A stretch of DNA of 64,000 bases from Amoebidium appalachense (GCA_963693365.1 CAVNZM010000003.1:3915106-3979105); one strand, 5' to 3'. Counted from the stretch's first letter, positions 23,001-38,979 are shown. Numbers and translations: made by a program. The notes: generated by a model from the sequence alone, not told the origin.

Positions 23001-24908
23001 GAAGCAACAACAACAGAAACCAGGTCGACAGTTCTTTCCGAAATTTCGCTCGGGCGTGGTTACCAACAAAAACGAATCCTACGGGACTATGAAGGGAGCC
23101 AATTATGTTTCAGATCTCCCTTTTTTGCAGTGACAGTGACAAGTGAGAGGAGGGAAAGCCAGTTATAAACGAAGAGAGTTCAACTGAGACAGGACACTTT
23201 TACACGAGCATCTCTCCGAAAAACGAAAAAAACAGAGACATGCAACTGCCGTAGAGCACACGTCAGCAGGTGCCTATCAAGAACACGGAAAGGTAATCGA
23301 AAGAAGGGAGAGGCAGGAAGATCGTAGGTTGTGTGGGTGGATGGTTTAACATGGTGCGGGGAACGGGTAGGTAAGTGGAGGGGGGGGGGGGGGGGGAGGA
23401 GAATGAAGTTAACTCGAAAGCAGAGAGGAGATGAACGAGCAGGGAGGAACGGAGCCAGGAAAATCCTAGTGCTTAGGGAGATGACAGAAGTGGGTTCCAG
23501 AGAAGATTGGGTTTATAACTTGTATAACTTGAAGGACTTACCGATGGCACGGTAGAGAGCAAACTGATTAGGGCCCTTGTACGTGTCATGGACTTGGAGC
23601 CTGTAGGATACGAGTTTTAGTTATGCCTTTTCTTATGCTTGTTCTTGATCAACACTCACATGCATTTGTGTACATGCCAGCTTGAGCGAACCTTTGGGAA
23701 CGTAACTACACCTACTTCATGCGTACAATATACTGAAATCTGCAAAAGAATAGACCAGAAAAACCCTTGAAAAGGAGGATCATTTATGTATGTTTCCTGA
23801 CTGCTCCGTCTTTTTCTGTTTTTCTCTTCTCCTCTATTTTCTTCTTTTCTTTCTTTCTTTCTTTCTTCTTTTTTTCCTGGGGTGGGTGGGTGGGGGGAGG
23901 GGGGGGGGAGGGGAGGGGGAGGAGGAAAGGGGAAGGTGGAAGGGAACCATTTGCAGGGGGGGGAAAGAAAGAACGCACAGGAATAGGTGATGGGGGAGAG
24001 AGGTAAGAGGGGGGGTACCCTTGTTAAGTGGCTAAAACAGAAAGGAAAGCTGGGGTTTTCGAAAGGTGCGGCACAGCACTCCTTTGTGATATTATGAAAT
24101 GGACTAATTTTAACGACCAAGAAACCAGCAAGCCATCCGCATACTGCTGAGAAAAATGCTCTAAGTGCTCTAAGTGCACAACAGTTCATTCCTTCACATG
24201 AACAAACGATGCAAGTTACAACTATACCCATTACCCGTGTGCAAGAAGAGTTGTGTCGTTAATTAACTGAGTGTGAACGGACATAGTAGGCTTATGATCA
24301 GAGTTGGGCGATACTACAGTTTGTGTGGTATTAATAAAGCCGTTGTTTTGCGCTTTGTGGTCAAGGTTACATGCGGGTGCAGAAGAGATGGATAATGCTG
24401 AGCGCAAATGGCACAAAGAAACACGTGTTTTTTCTTTCCTAAGCGCAAAAAACATGTGTTTCTTTGTGCCAACTGCTGCTCGTTTTGAAATATACAAGCA
24501 AGCGCACCAAGCACCAAACAACGGACCGCCCCTCACAATAGTGTAATTATACTTTGTTGGAAGGTTTCACAAATTATTTTTCTGGGTATTTCGTGTGCTC
24601 ACGAGTTCTTTTTTGGGCACAGGGTAAAACTATACATGTATAAGCAGACAGACTTACCCAGCAAAATCGACGGGGCACTCAGCTGGTCCAGCATATGTCA
24701 GCAAGAACTGAGAAACGCGCGTGGTGACGGGCGTAGGCTGCCCAACAAGCGAAGAGAAAATGAACGTAAGGAGCTCGAACAATAGACATCCGGCTGCGAT
24801 ATAGCACAGGAGAGTGAAAAACCTCGCCAAGAACGATTTTTTTGGTGTTGCGTGTGGTAGTGGCCGGTCTTTCGCAGGCACACCCAAACTGTGTAGCGTG
24901 TTAGCCAT
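15203..24908 (-). CDS. Type II membrane protein with conserved N-terminal 'IGNDLPPRH...PWDGNCF' domain and C-terminal alginate lyase-like (PF05426/PL5-like) domain. 13 exons approx. 24908-24658, 23600-23542, 22846-~22562, 22133-22024, 21695-21561, 20713-20609, 19955-19752, 18632-18383, 17939-17797, 17493-17260, 16827-16628, 16301-16077, 15574-15203
   Basis: Phase-consistent splicing gives a TM segment ([22 protein letters not shown]), LYRAI|[101 protein letters not shown]. These motifs are recalled from fungal/bacterial alginate-lyase-domain proteins. Confidence 0.85.
18849..19434. mobile_element. MITE, PIF/Harbinger-like TIR, intronic
   Basis: GGGGCTGTCCACACTGCGCCGAT ... ATCGGCGCAGTGTGGACAGCCCC is a perfect 23-bp TIR. 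Subterminal TCCGAT/CGGATT repeats; AT-rich core; TSD unclear (ACT/GCT). Confidence 0.85.
20981..21283 (-). mobile_element. Interspersed repeat copy 2 (303 bp, 5'-truncated), C-tract flanked
   Basis: Reverse complement of 9430-9732 with about five differences by eye. Confidence 0.85.
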
Positions 24909-26256
24909 TTCCTCCGATTCCACTCGCCAGCAGGAATAGAAATGCGTCTGCAAAGCACCAAAACAAGGATTACAAGTGGGTTATATTTCACTGTGTTTGT
25001 AATGTGGAGAAGGCGAAGTTTTGGCACTTTTGAATTTTCTATCGCTCGCCTGTAGGTGACTCAACGTGAGAGTGACGCTGCCAAACGAGGGCTGCACAAG
25101 TCCATCTTATCCAGTCGGCTTCTACGGTAATAGCATTACGTGACCAAAAACCAATCGAAGACGTTTTCGCATTGAATTGGGCTCAAAGCCAATTATTTCA
25201 AAGACATGCTCTAGTTTCAGCCAATCAGAGGTCTGATAAGTACCAACAACAGTCCAAATATGGATTTATTATTGAAGCTTTTGAATATGCAATCAATGTT
25301 GAGCCCCCATTTTTCTCCCTTTTTGTCCTAATGGAGATTGATATCACGCTTATTCAAGTTTTCTATTCATTTCCTACAGTTAGTTGCATATGAAGATAGA
25401 CATTTTTTACAAATAAACTTCTTCGATGTCTGTTGATCATGATATCCCCGGGCGACGGTCGGCCGATTGAGCAGACTCTATAGGAATTCGAGCCCTACCC
25501 CATGATCCATCATGTGCACAGATGTGACTCGAGTCACATTTCGAAGCACATATGTAACTTCGGTTTATAAGTAAAACAACTTCAATAGATGATATTTGTA
25601 TAGAGTTTCATATGTAAATTTAGCCTTTCGCTGCTTCAGGCTTCAAATACTACGATTTGGGTTCTGTTTCACAGTGCACTCTCCAGCTTGAACTTCGTGC
25701 GCTTCGTGAAATTGCTGACCTCCCAGATGACGGGACCTGATTGGACTTGCTCGTTTTATTACACTCCCAGGGAGCGTTTACATTGGTTGGCTTTTTACCA
25801 CTTGGAGAATTATTATCACCAGCAACCAGGGTTCGACATTTGGGTTTCAAGTCGGGTATTTTCCGAAGTTTTGTGACGTCATCCATTTTGGCCTCGCGAA
25901 AGGTGGGGTATTTCCAGGATATACTTACTTTGGATAGATCAGATAAACCTTTGTATACCTATCCGCTAATATGTAAATATATCCTCTGGCGGGCAGCCCC
26001 TCAGAAGCCAAAACACACTTGATACAGGTGGTTTTGAAACTCAGGGATTTTGTTTTCACTGAGCACGCATGTCACACTCGCCTACCCGCATCATTATAAC
26101 CTGAGACAGCCAGTCTAACTTTCGTTTAGGTGTTATAATCGCCTGTTCATCTCAGGATAGAGACATTGTGTTGCTGACTAACTTTAATGAATAGCCTGAG
26201 GCGCGCGCAGCGCGCCGCCCGCTGAAAAGCTTTGCTTAGTGTCACCACATTCGCAC

Positions 26257-27535
<1,279 letters not shown>

Positions 27536-28323
27536 CTGAAAAGCGATGGTCAGGCTGCCGAGTGCTGGCAGCCACAGGGGCTACCCTAGGAAGCGCGTGT
27601 TTGCCCATGGAGAGAGTGACCTACAGCGAAAGGGCCTAAAAACAACACGGGTGAAAGCGTGACACGTGAGAACTTAAAAAAAAAAACGGGCTCTGAGTCA
27701 CCTGACAACTGACTTGAAGGCTGTGTTTTGACTGAAGGGAGGGAGTTTTGCGCCAAAAAAAAAAAAAAAACGAAAATAACCATCAGACTGGTGTAAGGCC
27801 GTGCCATTGTAACTTTTTTTTTTTCTTTTGACTGGATTTATTCGACGGAAAGATATGCAAGTATGCCGGCATGGCATACAGAGAAGACAATAAAAACTTC
27901 ACGAGTTATCCAGTAACAAGTGCATACTGAGATACCTGAACACTGTGTGAAAATCATATAAATACTCAATGTGACGACCAACAGAATTCAACAAAAAGTC
28001 TAAAGTGTTCACATTGCCAGCTAGTGTAGCAGACACCCGTAGGGAAAGAGGTAAAACGCGACATAAAAACTCACACCTATCAACATGCTTGCGATTGGAA
28101 AGTTCAGCACAAAAATGGCACCAGCGGCGATGAAAATTGTAACTTAATGTCAATAAAAAGCCCCCAAAACCTTAAGATTGTGTCAAATATACACAAAAGG
28201 TTCCCCAATATTACCATTACGGTGGCCAAAATTCATTTTACTTGACTGCTGAGTGCTGGATAACCGAGCGAACTATCCCATGCATGAAAATAATAGCCTA
28301 TCACCGAATTCCCACCCCAGCCT

Positions 28324-28383
<60 letters not shown>

Positions 28384-28449
28384 CTATATGTACACTCCAC
28401 TATCCGGCCACGTACCCTACGCAGGAAGGGTAGTGTACCCCAGCCTCTT

Positions 28450-28518
28450 CCAGGCGGGGTATTTTTTTCTGGCAGTGGGGTATTTTTTAGGGTATTTTTG
28501 GGGTATTGTCTAACCCTG
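28450..28518 (-). mobile_element. Orphan hAT-like transposon end (CAGGGTT terminus, subterminal GGGTATT x4)
   Basis: GGGGTATTT repeats ending ...GGGTATTGTCTAACCCTG; no convincing partner TIR or TSD found. Confidence 0.3.
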
Positions 28519-31334
28519 CCAGCAACGGACCAATCCGACGGTTTTCTAATGTAAACGAAAGCCGCCGGAGCCGACCCAATGCCGCACTTGGCACGGTCTG
28601 TGACGGCCTACACTTTCTAAACCTTCAACACACAGGAACACACAGGTTCAGCACTTAGGCACTCAAAATTACAAAACGTGTATTCGCGCACCATGTGCAC
28701 GCATGTGCACGGAATTGCACGGAGCTCGAGTTACACGTGAACCTGCGTGTGTATGCATACCCACATGCTCTGTTCAACAACGCTGTTTGGAAAGCCTCCA
28801 GCTGCTTCCTGCAATGTAGGACCGTGTTTCACACCCCTGCTAGAGTACGTATGCACACACTGTGATTCTTCTACGTACACTGACATGCATATGCACCCAT
28901 GGAATTCAACTACACCGGCTGTGCCTTATTGTTATTATTATTATTTTTTATGTTTTTTTTGCACCCTCTGTTTTTGGGCGGGCTGTCAACCCAAACGACC
29001 ACCTTTGCAGACAGTGCCCGTACGCGTATTATTTTCAGTCCAAACACGAGCCGCTGAGACTCTCAATAATAGGTGGTGGGCTTTGCTCAAAGCTATTATT
29101 GGGGTGGGATTTCTACTGTGCTCTGTACATGTGTGACAATATTCAATGACATCATGATTCAATGTGCAGGTGTGTGGGGTACTGTGGGACTGTGGTTTTG
29201 TAGTAGGTATTTCAAATTGATGAAGTATGTCAACCTATGAACAGAAGCGCAACTGCATGTTGTCATTATAAGTACCTAGGAACTGTGAGACTCACACTAC
29301 CTTCCAGTGTGGCTGTTTGCATTTGGCGCATGGCTGTTTTGAATATTTGGGGGGGGGGGGGGGGGGGGGGGGGGGGAGGTCTGGGAGGCTGCCGGTTGTA
29401 CATGTGGTGAAATACGGGTCGGTGCCAAGCCAGATGCTAGGGGATGTATGTATGTATTTGGTTATCTTTTTCAGTATGTATTGTATGAGCTCAAACGGGA
29501 AAAAGCAAAATAAAACTCATGCATTGATTGACTCTGTATGGTGGCTTCGACTTCATGTAGCTAGTAGTAGGGTCTGCAGACCCAGTTTTCACCCACCGTG
29601 CAGTGCAGTCTGTTGAAGTAGAAACCACCGTACTCAAGCCTTTAAATCTTACCGCTGTGCCACAGAGAGGCTATAGAGTCTTTCCACTTGACTATGTCTT
29701 CCTCTTATATCCCCAAGCAGAATGATCCGGCTACCTTACAACTGTACACAATACAGGTATTACTAGCCAATGTACTATATCATATCTACCCTTCTATCTC
29801 TAAGCACAGAATTAGCCCATCTAAGCCACGCTAGTGGGGAACCATACTGAACAAGGTCACCAAACACATGGGACAAAGGTCTTACTGCACCCCGCCCACC
29901 GGCACCACACCTCCACCTTTCTCCCACAACGTTTCGCTCCTGCGCGTGTTCCTGCCAGTTCATGCTTCACACTAGCTAGACAAACACTTCGATGCACGTG
30001 ACACACATGACACATCCGTCTCCTCTTTTCACGCATACAAGGGTAGGCTAAATTAATTTAGGATTTTCCGAATATAATGTACAGCACTTTCTAGGAATTT
30101 TCAAAAAATTAAGATTCTAACTGCCAGTGGCTAGTCCCCGTTGCACATACGAAATGAAAATTGAGGATTTCCCCCATTGTTCATGTGGGCCAGTGGGGCC
30201 CAAATCCACGTAATCGTATATTCGGCCTACTCCTGTAGACCATTTCACCTTAAACCAACAACCGCGCTTTAAATACACTTTCTTACATGATACACCCTTA
30301 ACCCATGCAGGCACAGACTGACTATTCTTTAGCTCTATGTGCTACATACATAGTAGTACTATCTGCGGAGGAGAGTTCGTTATTTAGCTGGCTGCATTTG
30401 AATGGGGTTCCTGTGCGACCAGGTAGCTCTATGAACAGGGTACTGTAAGGCCATCTTCTGGTGGGGTAAACAATTTTATGTACCCAATCGCAACATCTAC
30501 AAGTGGAGCCTGTACGGTGCATCTATATATGCTCCACACGTCATGGTGCCGTAGTTATCATGTTGGCGCTTTTGTGCCACTTCCATTTACATCTGAGCCC
30601 ACCACAACAATACATATGTACGAATGCACTGCACACACACCTTTCCACCCCATCACCGGTACTTTACCACGAACTTCACTGTCATCCTCTTCCATCAGCA
30701 CCGTCGAGGGTGATTATCGGGCCGCTGCTCTTTGCTATTTGCTCTTCAGGGTGCATATATCGCTCCCCGCCCCCCTCCTCCCCCCCCCCCCCCCCCCCCC
30801 TTCCCGTCCCCGATCTCGGCACTCCCCCCCCATCCCCCCCACCCCACCCCACTCCTACCTTTCACCCTCCGGATTCCTCCCCGGCCCCCTCTCCTTCTCA
30901 CCCTCCGGGGCCTTGGCAATTTGAATCTGATTCGCCGTGTTTGAAGGTGAGTTTGTGTGTATTTGTCATCATTATGGGTTCAGTATTTTGTTATATATGA
31001 TGTAGAAATATATATATGATATACAATCATTCGGATATACATACATATATTGAAGTATTCTGCGCCAGTTAAACTATGGGCCATTTGGGAGGCTAAGCTG
31101 AGATGTTGCCTTCCTCTTCCCGCCCGCCGGCACTACACTGTTACGCAACCCCCCCCCCCCTCCCCCCACCCCCCACCCCCCACCCCACCCCCACCCCTGG
31201 CACAACATTACACTCCTGCCCGAGTTCAGACACTTACTGCACTCATTGCTTCCCGTGTAATCAGATGGCACACTTAAGTCTTAGACTCTTCTGGCAGAAG
31301 CTTTTTCATGCACCCCTAGACGGTGGTGCCTCTT

Positions 31335-31367
<33 letters not shown>

Positions 31368-32007
31368 CCCCCCCCCCTCCTCCTCACAACCGCCTTTTTC
31401 TCTTTTATTTGCCTGTCCCCGAAGGAACCTCTTGGGGTCGTTTGTATAACTAACCCCTTCTAAATAAGCACCAACTGCATCGGAGTCATGTTGTTATTAA
31501 TGGTGCGATCAGCGGGCCGCACCAGTGGTGCCGAACGCGTTGGCTCTAGATCTTGTGTTACCTGTTCGTTTATTACTCAAGCCACCACAGCAGCATCATG
31601 TATACAAGGTCATGCACTGCACACATACTTCCACCCCAATACCCCCTTCATCCTGCGTGGGCTGTTTAACTTAGAGTTTGAGATGTTATGTTAAGGCTTG
31701 CTTACGTTCATCATTTATCTATTTATCTTGCAGCCACTATAGTAATGGATTTCTTCTTTAAATTTATAACTGTGTACGCAGATATTTATTATTTAGGGGG
31801 CGCATCTCTCTCAGTGATACATGTACATGTGTGGATATGATTGTAACGGTGTCCTGTGGTGTTAAAACTGTTGACCTGTTTGCCGGACGTAGCCTAGTTC
31901 GATATAAGTGCATTGTTTCCATATAAGTAGGTTAAAGCGGCAGTGTTACACCGCAATATGATTGGCGCCACATTAACATCATGTAACGAAATCCCGCGAT
32001 AAACTTG

Positions 32008-32075
32008 AAGCCTGAGGTATTGAGCTTGCATGGAGCCTCTTGGGAGACACGATCGATGCCATGAGGTGATGAAAG

Positions 32076-32108
<33 letters not shown>

Positions 32109-32356
32109 CCCCGCCCCGCCCCTGCAGCTCCTTCCGGAATACAGGCACACCAGACATACACACAGCACAAGTACACACAGGGGGACGACCAAAACCGGCA
32201 GTGTGCGTGCGTTGTAACCATGGATGGTCTAGATCTAGGTAATATCCCCCCTTCCCCCTCCCACCCCCCCCCCCCAAGCCTGAGGTATTGGGCTTGTATG
32301 GAGCCCCTTGGGGGGAGGAGGGGAGACACGATCGATACCATGGGGTGATGAAAGCC
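32008..32356. repeat. Dispersed direct repeat (~68-80 bp; 32008-32075 and 32276-32356) associated with C/G tracts
   Basis: AAGCCTGAGGTATTG(A/G)GCTTG(C/T)ATGGAGCC...GGGAGACACGATCGAT(G/A)CCATG(A/G)GGTGATGAAAGCC occurs twice. Confidence 0.8.
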
Positions 32357-32520
32357 GGCCTCCGGGGGGGGGGGGGGGGGAGAAAGGGGGAGGGGGGGGA
32401 GGGGAGGGGGGAGAGGAGGGGGGGGGGGGGGAGGGGGGGGGGTTGGGAGGGATGCTGGAGGTTCAGTTGGTTTACGTTTAGGGTTGCAACGGTTCGTGGA
32501 GGGGCGGAGAGCTGAGAGGG

Positions 32521-32558
<38 letters not shown>

Positions 32559-32655
32559 TGACTGTGAGCTTGGGACATCTTATACCAAGAGACACTGGGG
32601 GTAATGGGGAAGAAAGGAGTCATGGACAAAACATTTTACATATTCGTGGCTTTTT

Positions 32656-32699
<44 letters not shown>

Positions 32700-33348
32700 C
32701 GGCAAACCAACGAACCAACCAAAAAAAAAAAAAAAAAAAGGGGGGAAAAAAAAAAAAAAATGAAAGACAAAGACAGAAAGGAGGAAAGCAAACGAGAGCG
32801 TAGAGAGAGGGTGGGGGAAGGGGGAGGGGGGGGGGGGGGGGGGGGGAGAGGGGGGGGGGGGGGGGGGGGGGGGGAGAAGGACTCTGTCGGGAAGATAAAT
32901 GCGATTAGATTTCTCTCTTGAGTAGGGGTTTTTGTATTTTCTTCTCTGAGATGTGATATCGCCGGCTTGCTTCTCTTTCATGAGCATATCAATAAAGTAA
33001 TTATATATAAAATTTAAAATTTCAAATCACCCCGGTGTTTTGCGCTGTCTTTATTAAGTCGACCATCGCTAATGTGAATCTTTCCGCCACACACCTAGAA
33101 GCATACAAATTTCAAGACCCAAAGGGTGTGTCATATCGTTCCATACGCCCAGACACCATCACAATACATGTGAATTAGTGAACATAGTTAATAACTCTTT
33201 TTTTAGTATGTAACCAGATGTAAAGTGCCTCTAACCCCCTAGAAGCGTATGCATTCAACCCATGCATATATCCAGATCTCTGAACAGATATCGATCGCCA
33301 AAATTCAGGCCTTCTAACAATCGGCAATCAGAGAAGATTAATTCGTCA

Positions 33349-33537
33349 CTATTTTCTCACTTGCACATTCTCAATGCTTGTAAGGTGTGGGCTCTCCATC
33401 ATTTTCAACTGTTTCTGACCTTGCCTCACCAGAAATTCGATCCGCGCAAATTCCTTGATTGGGATATTCCGATTCGCCTCGAACCCTTGACGAACAACAG
33501 CTTTGAAATGTGCCTGTGTTTCCTGTGGACAGGGGAA

Positions 33538-33571
<34 letters not shown>

Positions 33572-33908
33572 TGTTCAAGCTGTGCCTTTCAACCATTTTC
33601 ATTCTAAACCCCTTCTCCGTGTATAGTGGGAAAAAGAATCCGGATCCGCAATATTCTTGAGTGAGTTCACAACAAAAAACTATACACAATTACTTTTTCT
33701 TTTTTAGAAGATTATTAGGCCCAGCACAATTCACTTGTATAATACGTACCATTATGTAGTAAGCAATGGTTAGTGCATATAAAAAGTTGCTGCAGAACCC
33801 AACTCGAAAGCACACCCACCCATTTTCGAGAAGCATCCAAACCACTATCTAACAACACTCCCTTTCTCTGTTCGCCCCTCGGTCCTCCATGTGCCACATT
33901 ATCTAGGC

Positions 33909-33950
<42 letters not shown>

Positions 33951-34426
33951 AAAAAAGAATAAAGAAAGAAAAAAGAAAAAGAAAAAACCCGCACATCCTT
34001 GCCCCCAACAAACCCCCGGGGCCTGACACACACACACACACACACAAACCCCCCCCCCCCCCCCCCCCCCCTCCCCCCCCCACCACCACCACCACCACCA
34101 AAACACACACACGCACACACACACACACTCTTCACCAGGCCCCCCACCCGCATATAGTTGAGGCAAAACACATACAGACACACAAACACACCCATGAAAA
34201 GAGGGGGGGGAAGGGGGGGGGGGGGGGGGGGGGGGGGAGGGGGACGGAAAAAGGTGAGACGGAAAGGGAAAAGATGAATGTTTCATCCCCATTCCCTATT
34301 AATCCCAGTACCAGCCCGATTCCTCAACCACAACCCTCACAGCACCAACCCCTCTTCTCTGCCAGTCCCCACGAATATGGTCTGTTGCCCCCCTCCCCCC
34401 TCCCCCCTAACCCCCCTACCCACACA

Positions 34427-34513
<87 letters not shown>

Positions 34514-35654
34514 GCCACACACAGACACACGCACGGAGACACACACAAAAAATCCAATAAAAGAGAGAGAGAGAGAGAAAAGGAAAATAAAAGAGAGTAA
34601 AATAAAACTGCCACTGCTCCAATAAAGACCATACGTGCACATACACACACTGTACACCCACACAGCCACACGCCCAAACGTATGCCCATTTGACGAAACA
34701 AAACGACCCCCCCCCCCCCCCCCACCACCCCCACCACCACCCGCAAACACACACACATACACCCCTTTCTCCCCTTTCGGGTCCCCCATCCCCCTCCCCC
34801 TTCACTCCTCCCCCCCTCCGCCCTCCCCCCTCCCCCCCCCCCCCCCCAAAAAAAAGGGAAAGAGAGAGGGGGGAGAGGGGGAGAGGGAGAGGGAGGGGGA
34901 AGCTCCTCCCCCTTCACTCCCTCCCCCCTCCGCCCCCCCCCCCCCCCCCAAAAAAAAAAAAAAGGGAAAGAGAGAGGGGGGAGAGGGGAGAGAGGGAGAG
35001 GGGGGGAAAGGGGGGAGGGGGGGAACTAAGTTTCACGTCTGCAAACCCTCCCTATTCAAATATGGCCAACCTGCCTGACCCGTTTCTCCTTATTTAGCAA
35101 TATGGAAACACAGGGATATGCATTGTCCTCTTCATGATAAACCTCGTGCTTGGCAACTGGAAGTGAATGATAGACAAAGCAGCAACAAAATGTACAAAAT
35201 ATGCGTGAAGAGCAGGTGACATGATTCAAACGTAAGAGAGTACGGAAGGGTAGGGAAGGAAGACGGGGAGAGTGGGGGTGCCAAAGAAGAGAAAAACGGG
35301 GCAAAAGGAGGGGTGGTGGTGGTGGTGGTGGTGGGGGGGGGGGGGGGGGGGGGGGAAGGGGGGGGGGGGGGGGGGTGATGTATGCGTTACAGGGTCGGAA
35401 ATGTGGAAGAGACACCAAAAGGATAAACTACAAAACGTAACAAAAATGACAACCCGAAATCAAACAAGTTGAGCGTGCAGGCAGAAGACACTTACTTGAA
35501 CAGAGCCCATCGGAGGGAAGGGGTGGGGTGGGGGGGGGGGGGGGGGTCTTACTGGTGGCTTCGTTTTGACAGCCCTCAAAAACGACCTGTAGAGGTTCAG
35601 AACGTTTTTCTGTGCCTTGGTGAAGCGCGTGAAGTTTGCTCCTGCAGATGCCAT
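33349..35654 (-). CDS. SDHAF1: Succinate dehydrogenase assembly factor 1 (LYR-motif protein, Sdh6); 2 exons 35654-35553 and 33522-33349; ~91 aa
   Basis: MASAGANFTRFTKAQKNVLNLYRSFLRAVKTKPP|ETQAHFKAVVRQGFEANRNIPIKEFARIEFLVRQGQKQLKMMESPHLTSIENVQVRK*. It resembles yeast Sdh6 along its length; GT-AG phase 0 intron. Confidence 0.85.
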
Positions 35655-36264
35655 GGCGATTATGTCAAAGTTGTGAAAGCCGGTCTTTTTGTTTTGTTTT
35701 GCGTTTTTCTCCGAAAGCACCGGGATTATTCGACGGCTTTCGATTGTCAGGACACGTGTAGAATGGCAGGTCTGTTTTGTCAGCCGTAAGGTCTAAAGGT
35801 CGAATGACAGAATGGCACTAAAACCAGGCGTGCATCTGTAACTGTAAAGCAAACTGGCGAGGTGTCCAAAAAAACGATTGTTTCTTTTTAATGGTCAGTA
35901 AATATCATTTCGTTATGCCCAGGACAAATATAACTGATACTGCATTGAACATTCCACCGACGCTTCAATTTACAAACTTCCCTTTAGCAAAGCCTTCAAA
36001 GTCTGCAATCACCACAACACACGGAAACGTGACTCAAGATGTTCCAGAACACGCTGGCTGTCAGTGTACGTTCATAGATTCACACATGTGAGGTCAACTG
36101 TAGCCGTTTGCTTGTGTACATGCGTTAATTGTTTTACAACGATCAGGCGAGTTTCTGAATGGGTGATGTGTTCAATTTCGCGCTCTTGAAGTCTGTCGGT
36201 GTACAAGTCAAGTCAAAAGTGCCGCGTACGCGTGGTGGGCGTCATGAGAAACTCATGGGTATAG

Positions 36265-36561
36265 ACAATTGTTACGTCATCCATGCGTGACATTTGCGCA
36301 AAATCTGGGATGCGTTCCGAACCAATCGATACCCGCCTTGATGATGATTGGCCCTCCGTTTCTGGCTCCGCCGCCTCCCAGCCCCCCCGGCCCCGGGCCC
36401 TCGAGTCCCCCCCCCCCTCCCCCCCTTCTCCGTCGCCCTCTCTCCCCCCTTCCCAGGGCCCCCTCTCCAACAAAGAACACCCAAATACACACACGCCACT
36501 CGCCCCTGCTCCCCAACGCCTCCCCGGTCCCTCCCCTCCCTCTAGATTTAAGTTGCCTCAG
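36265..36561 (+). CDS. Possible exon of a hypothetical Pro/Ser-rich protein, divergent from SDHAF1
   Basis: Open frame MRDICAKSGMRSEPIDTRLDDDWPSVSG...RFKLPQ ending at CAG|GTTAGT; other exons not resolved. Confidence 0.25.
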
Positions 36562-36738
36562 GTTAGTTGGCGCTAAATGAATGCACAGCTCCTCACGACT
36601 CTGAGTCTGAGCCCTCTGGTGATCAGGGGGTTTTCGTGACAACACACCGTATTACAGGCACACACACACACACCGCGCACATGCACCCACGCGCACGCAT
36701 GCACGCGTACGCACGCACGCACGCACGCACGCATGCAT

Positions 36739-36773
<35 letters not shown>

Positions 36774-37899
36774 CATGTACACATGCACACACACACGGTG
36801 TGAGACATAAACACTGCATAAAAACACACACGAGCAAACAGGTGCATAGGCTCATACACGTATCCAAACCCGGCACACACACACACACACACACATTCAG
36901 ATTATTTGTGGCAAAGAAAAAACACGATTTTTTTTATTTTTGTGATTCCTTCATCTTGAGTAGGAAAACAAGAACACTCGAGCTCAGGTTTTGCTGGTTA
37001 AGAAGGCTGAATGAGAAACTGTTGTCTGCCAGTTGCTTTCGTTGTGCACCCCATGAAGTCACAGCCTTCCCCTGCCCTCCCTCTACTCCCCCCCCCCCCC
37101 CCCCCCCCCACCCTCTCCCCCTCCCCCCCCCCCCCCCCCCCCCAGCCCAACTGAGTTAACATTAGTCAGTTCAAGTCTCTCAGCCTTGGTAGACTAATAT
37201 TAGAACCTTAATGTTCTAAAAATCTAGACGTTAGAATCTTATACATAAGCGAAATATCTTTTTAGTGAACAACCAGACTGCAATAACGGCCAAAAAAGAA
37301 ATGGAACCTTTCAAAAAGAAGATATCAATATTAAACTTAAAGAAAAGAAAGCCTTGAAAAAGAAAATCCGAAAGTAGCAACCGAGTTTGGAACAACCTGC
37401 AGCCTCCAATTACATGCATATGTCCCAGTAGTACTAGTCTAGCTATTATACGGTAGGCAGGCCTGATAGACATCACCGAGTTCACGAGGTGCCAGTATTA
37501 ATGATAGTATGAGATCGTTGTCTTCCTTACTGGCAGGGCGAGCTAGCAAAAAGATTGTTCACGTGTGGCCCAAACCGCCACGTACGCGATCATCAAAATT
37601 AACAGCAACCTCAAAACAACGTGTGAGATCTTAAAGTTTCGCACCATGCTGACGTAACGTTTTACTCGCATGGTCAACTCGTAGTCTGTGTATGGCTCGG
37701 CACCAGGGGGGCCCGGGGAGTTTTCTCGGCCTCAAGCCTGGTGACGAAGTAGGAGAAGGTGGACATCGTGGAGGGGGCAAGCAGATACCACACCTACGGA
37801 GCCAGTGAGTGAGTTAGCATGTCGTCCAGAAGTTGCAGTCGTGATCACCAATCATGGCCCAATGCGGCTCAGGCGACCACTGGGACGTTTGTGTGTGTG

Positions 37900-37934
<35 letters not shown>

Positions 37935-38426
37935 GGGGGGGGAAGAGTGAGGGCGGGATAAAAGGGGGGGGGGGAGGGGGATGAAGTTTTTGATTTATTT
38001 TTATTTTTAATTTTTTCTTAGGGGGGGGTGCACGCGAGGGAGGAAAAGGGAGGGGCCGGGATGAGACCGGGGTGGTGGGGTAACCTGTTGGTTAGAGGTT
38101 AACTGGACGGCGCAGAGAGGTAAATCTGGCGGGGCCTCGGTGAGGCCCACAACAATATCTTGCCTTTAAATCAACAATTATCATGAAGGGAGACCCCGAG
38201 GGTCGTAGAGATGCAGCAATGGGGGAAAATCCAACCATGCCTTGGCGTGGCCGGTGTGTAAAGGAGGAACTGGAGCCTCAAGGGTCAAGGTAATATGGTA
38301 AGGGGCTGTGGGGATGTAAGCAATACAGTAATAACACGAGAGAAGGCAAGGTGAGAGCAGAAGAGGAAAGAACATGTAATACAATGCAAAAAGTTTATGG
38401 CTGAGGGAAGGAGCCTCAGGGGTGGT

Positions 38427-38466
<40 letters not shown>

Positions 38467-38979
38467 GGGGGGGAGGAGGGCGATTGTATATGTTAGTCCA
38501 GTGTGGTGGCGGTGGTGTGTGTGTGGGGGGGTGGGGGGGGGGGAGGAGGGGGCACGGGGAGAGGGGGGGAGGGGGGGGGGGGGGGGGGGGGCTAAACTGT
38601 TTGCAGGAGCTTTATATTACTAACAATTCTGGCAAGGCCTTTGTGTTGAATTTTGTAGTATGTATGATAGATAGGGGTGTAGAAGAAAGTGTATGGGGGG
38701 TTAAACTTTTGAAAAACGTGCACACGACAAAAAAAAAAGGGGGGGGGGAGGGGGAGGGAGGAAGGAGGGGCTGCTGGGGATGATACAAGAAGACAACCTA
38801 TAGCAAGAAAGACCGTGCACACCACAAAATTGAGAGAAACGGAATCGTAGTGACAAAGCTTGTCTCTTTTAGATTTCATTTTATTCAATCAATGATTATA
38901 ACACCATCCATATGGTATATGTACGCAAACATGGCTTAGTAGGCACACATGCTGCACATGTTTAGGCACACGCGTTGTA

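Noticed and set aside
28600-31900. Scattered short ORFs and splice-like sites (e.g. AAG|GTGAGT at ~30947)
   Set aside because: Could not assemble a coherent reading frame.
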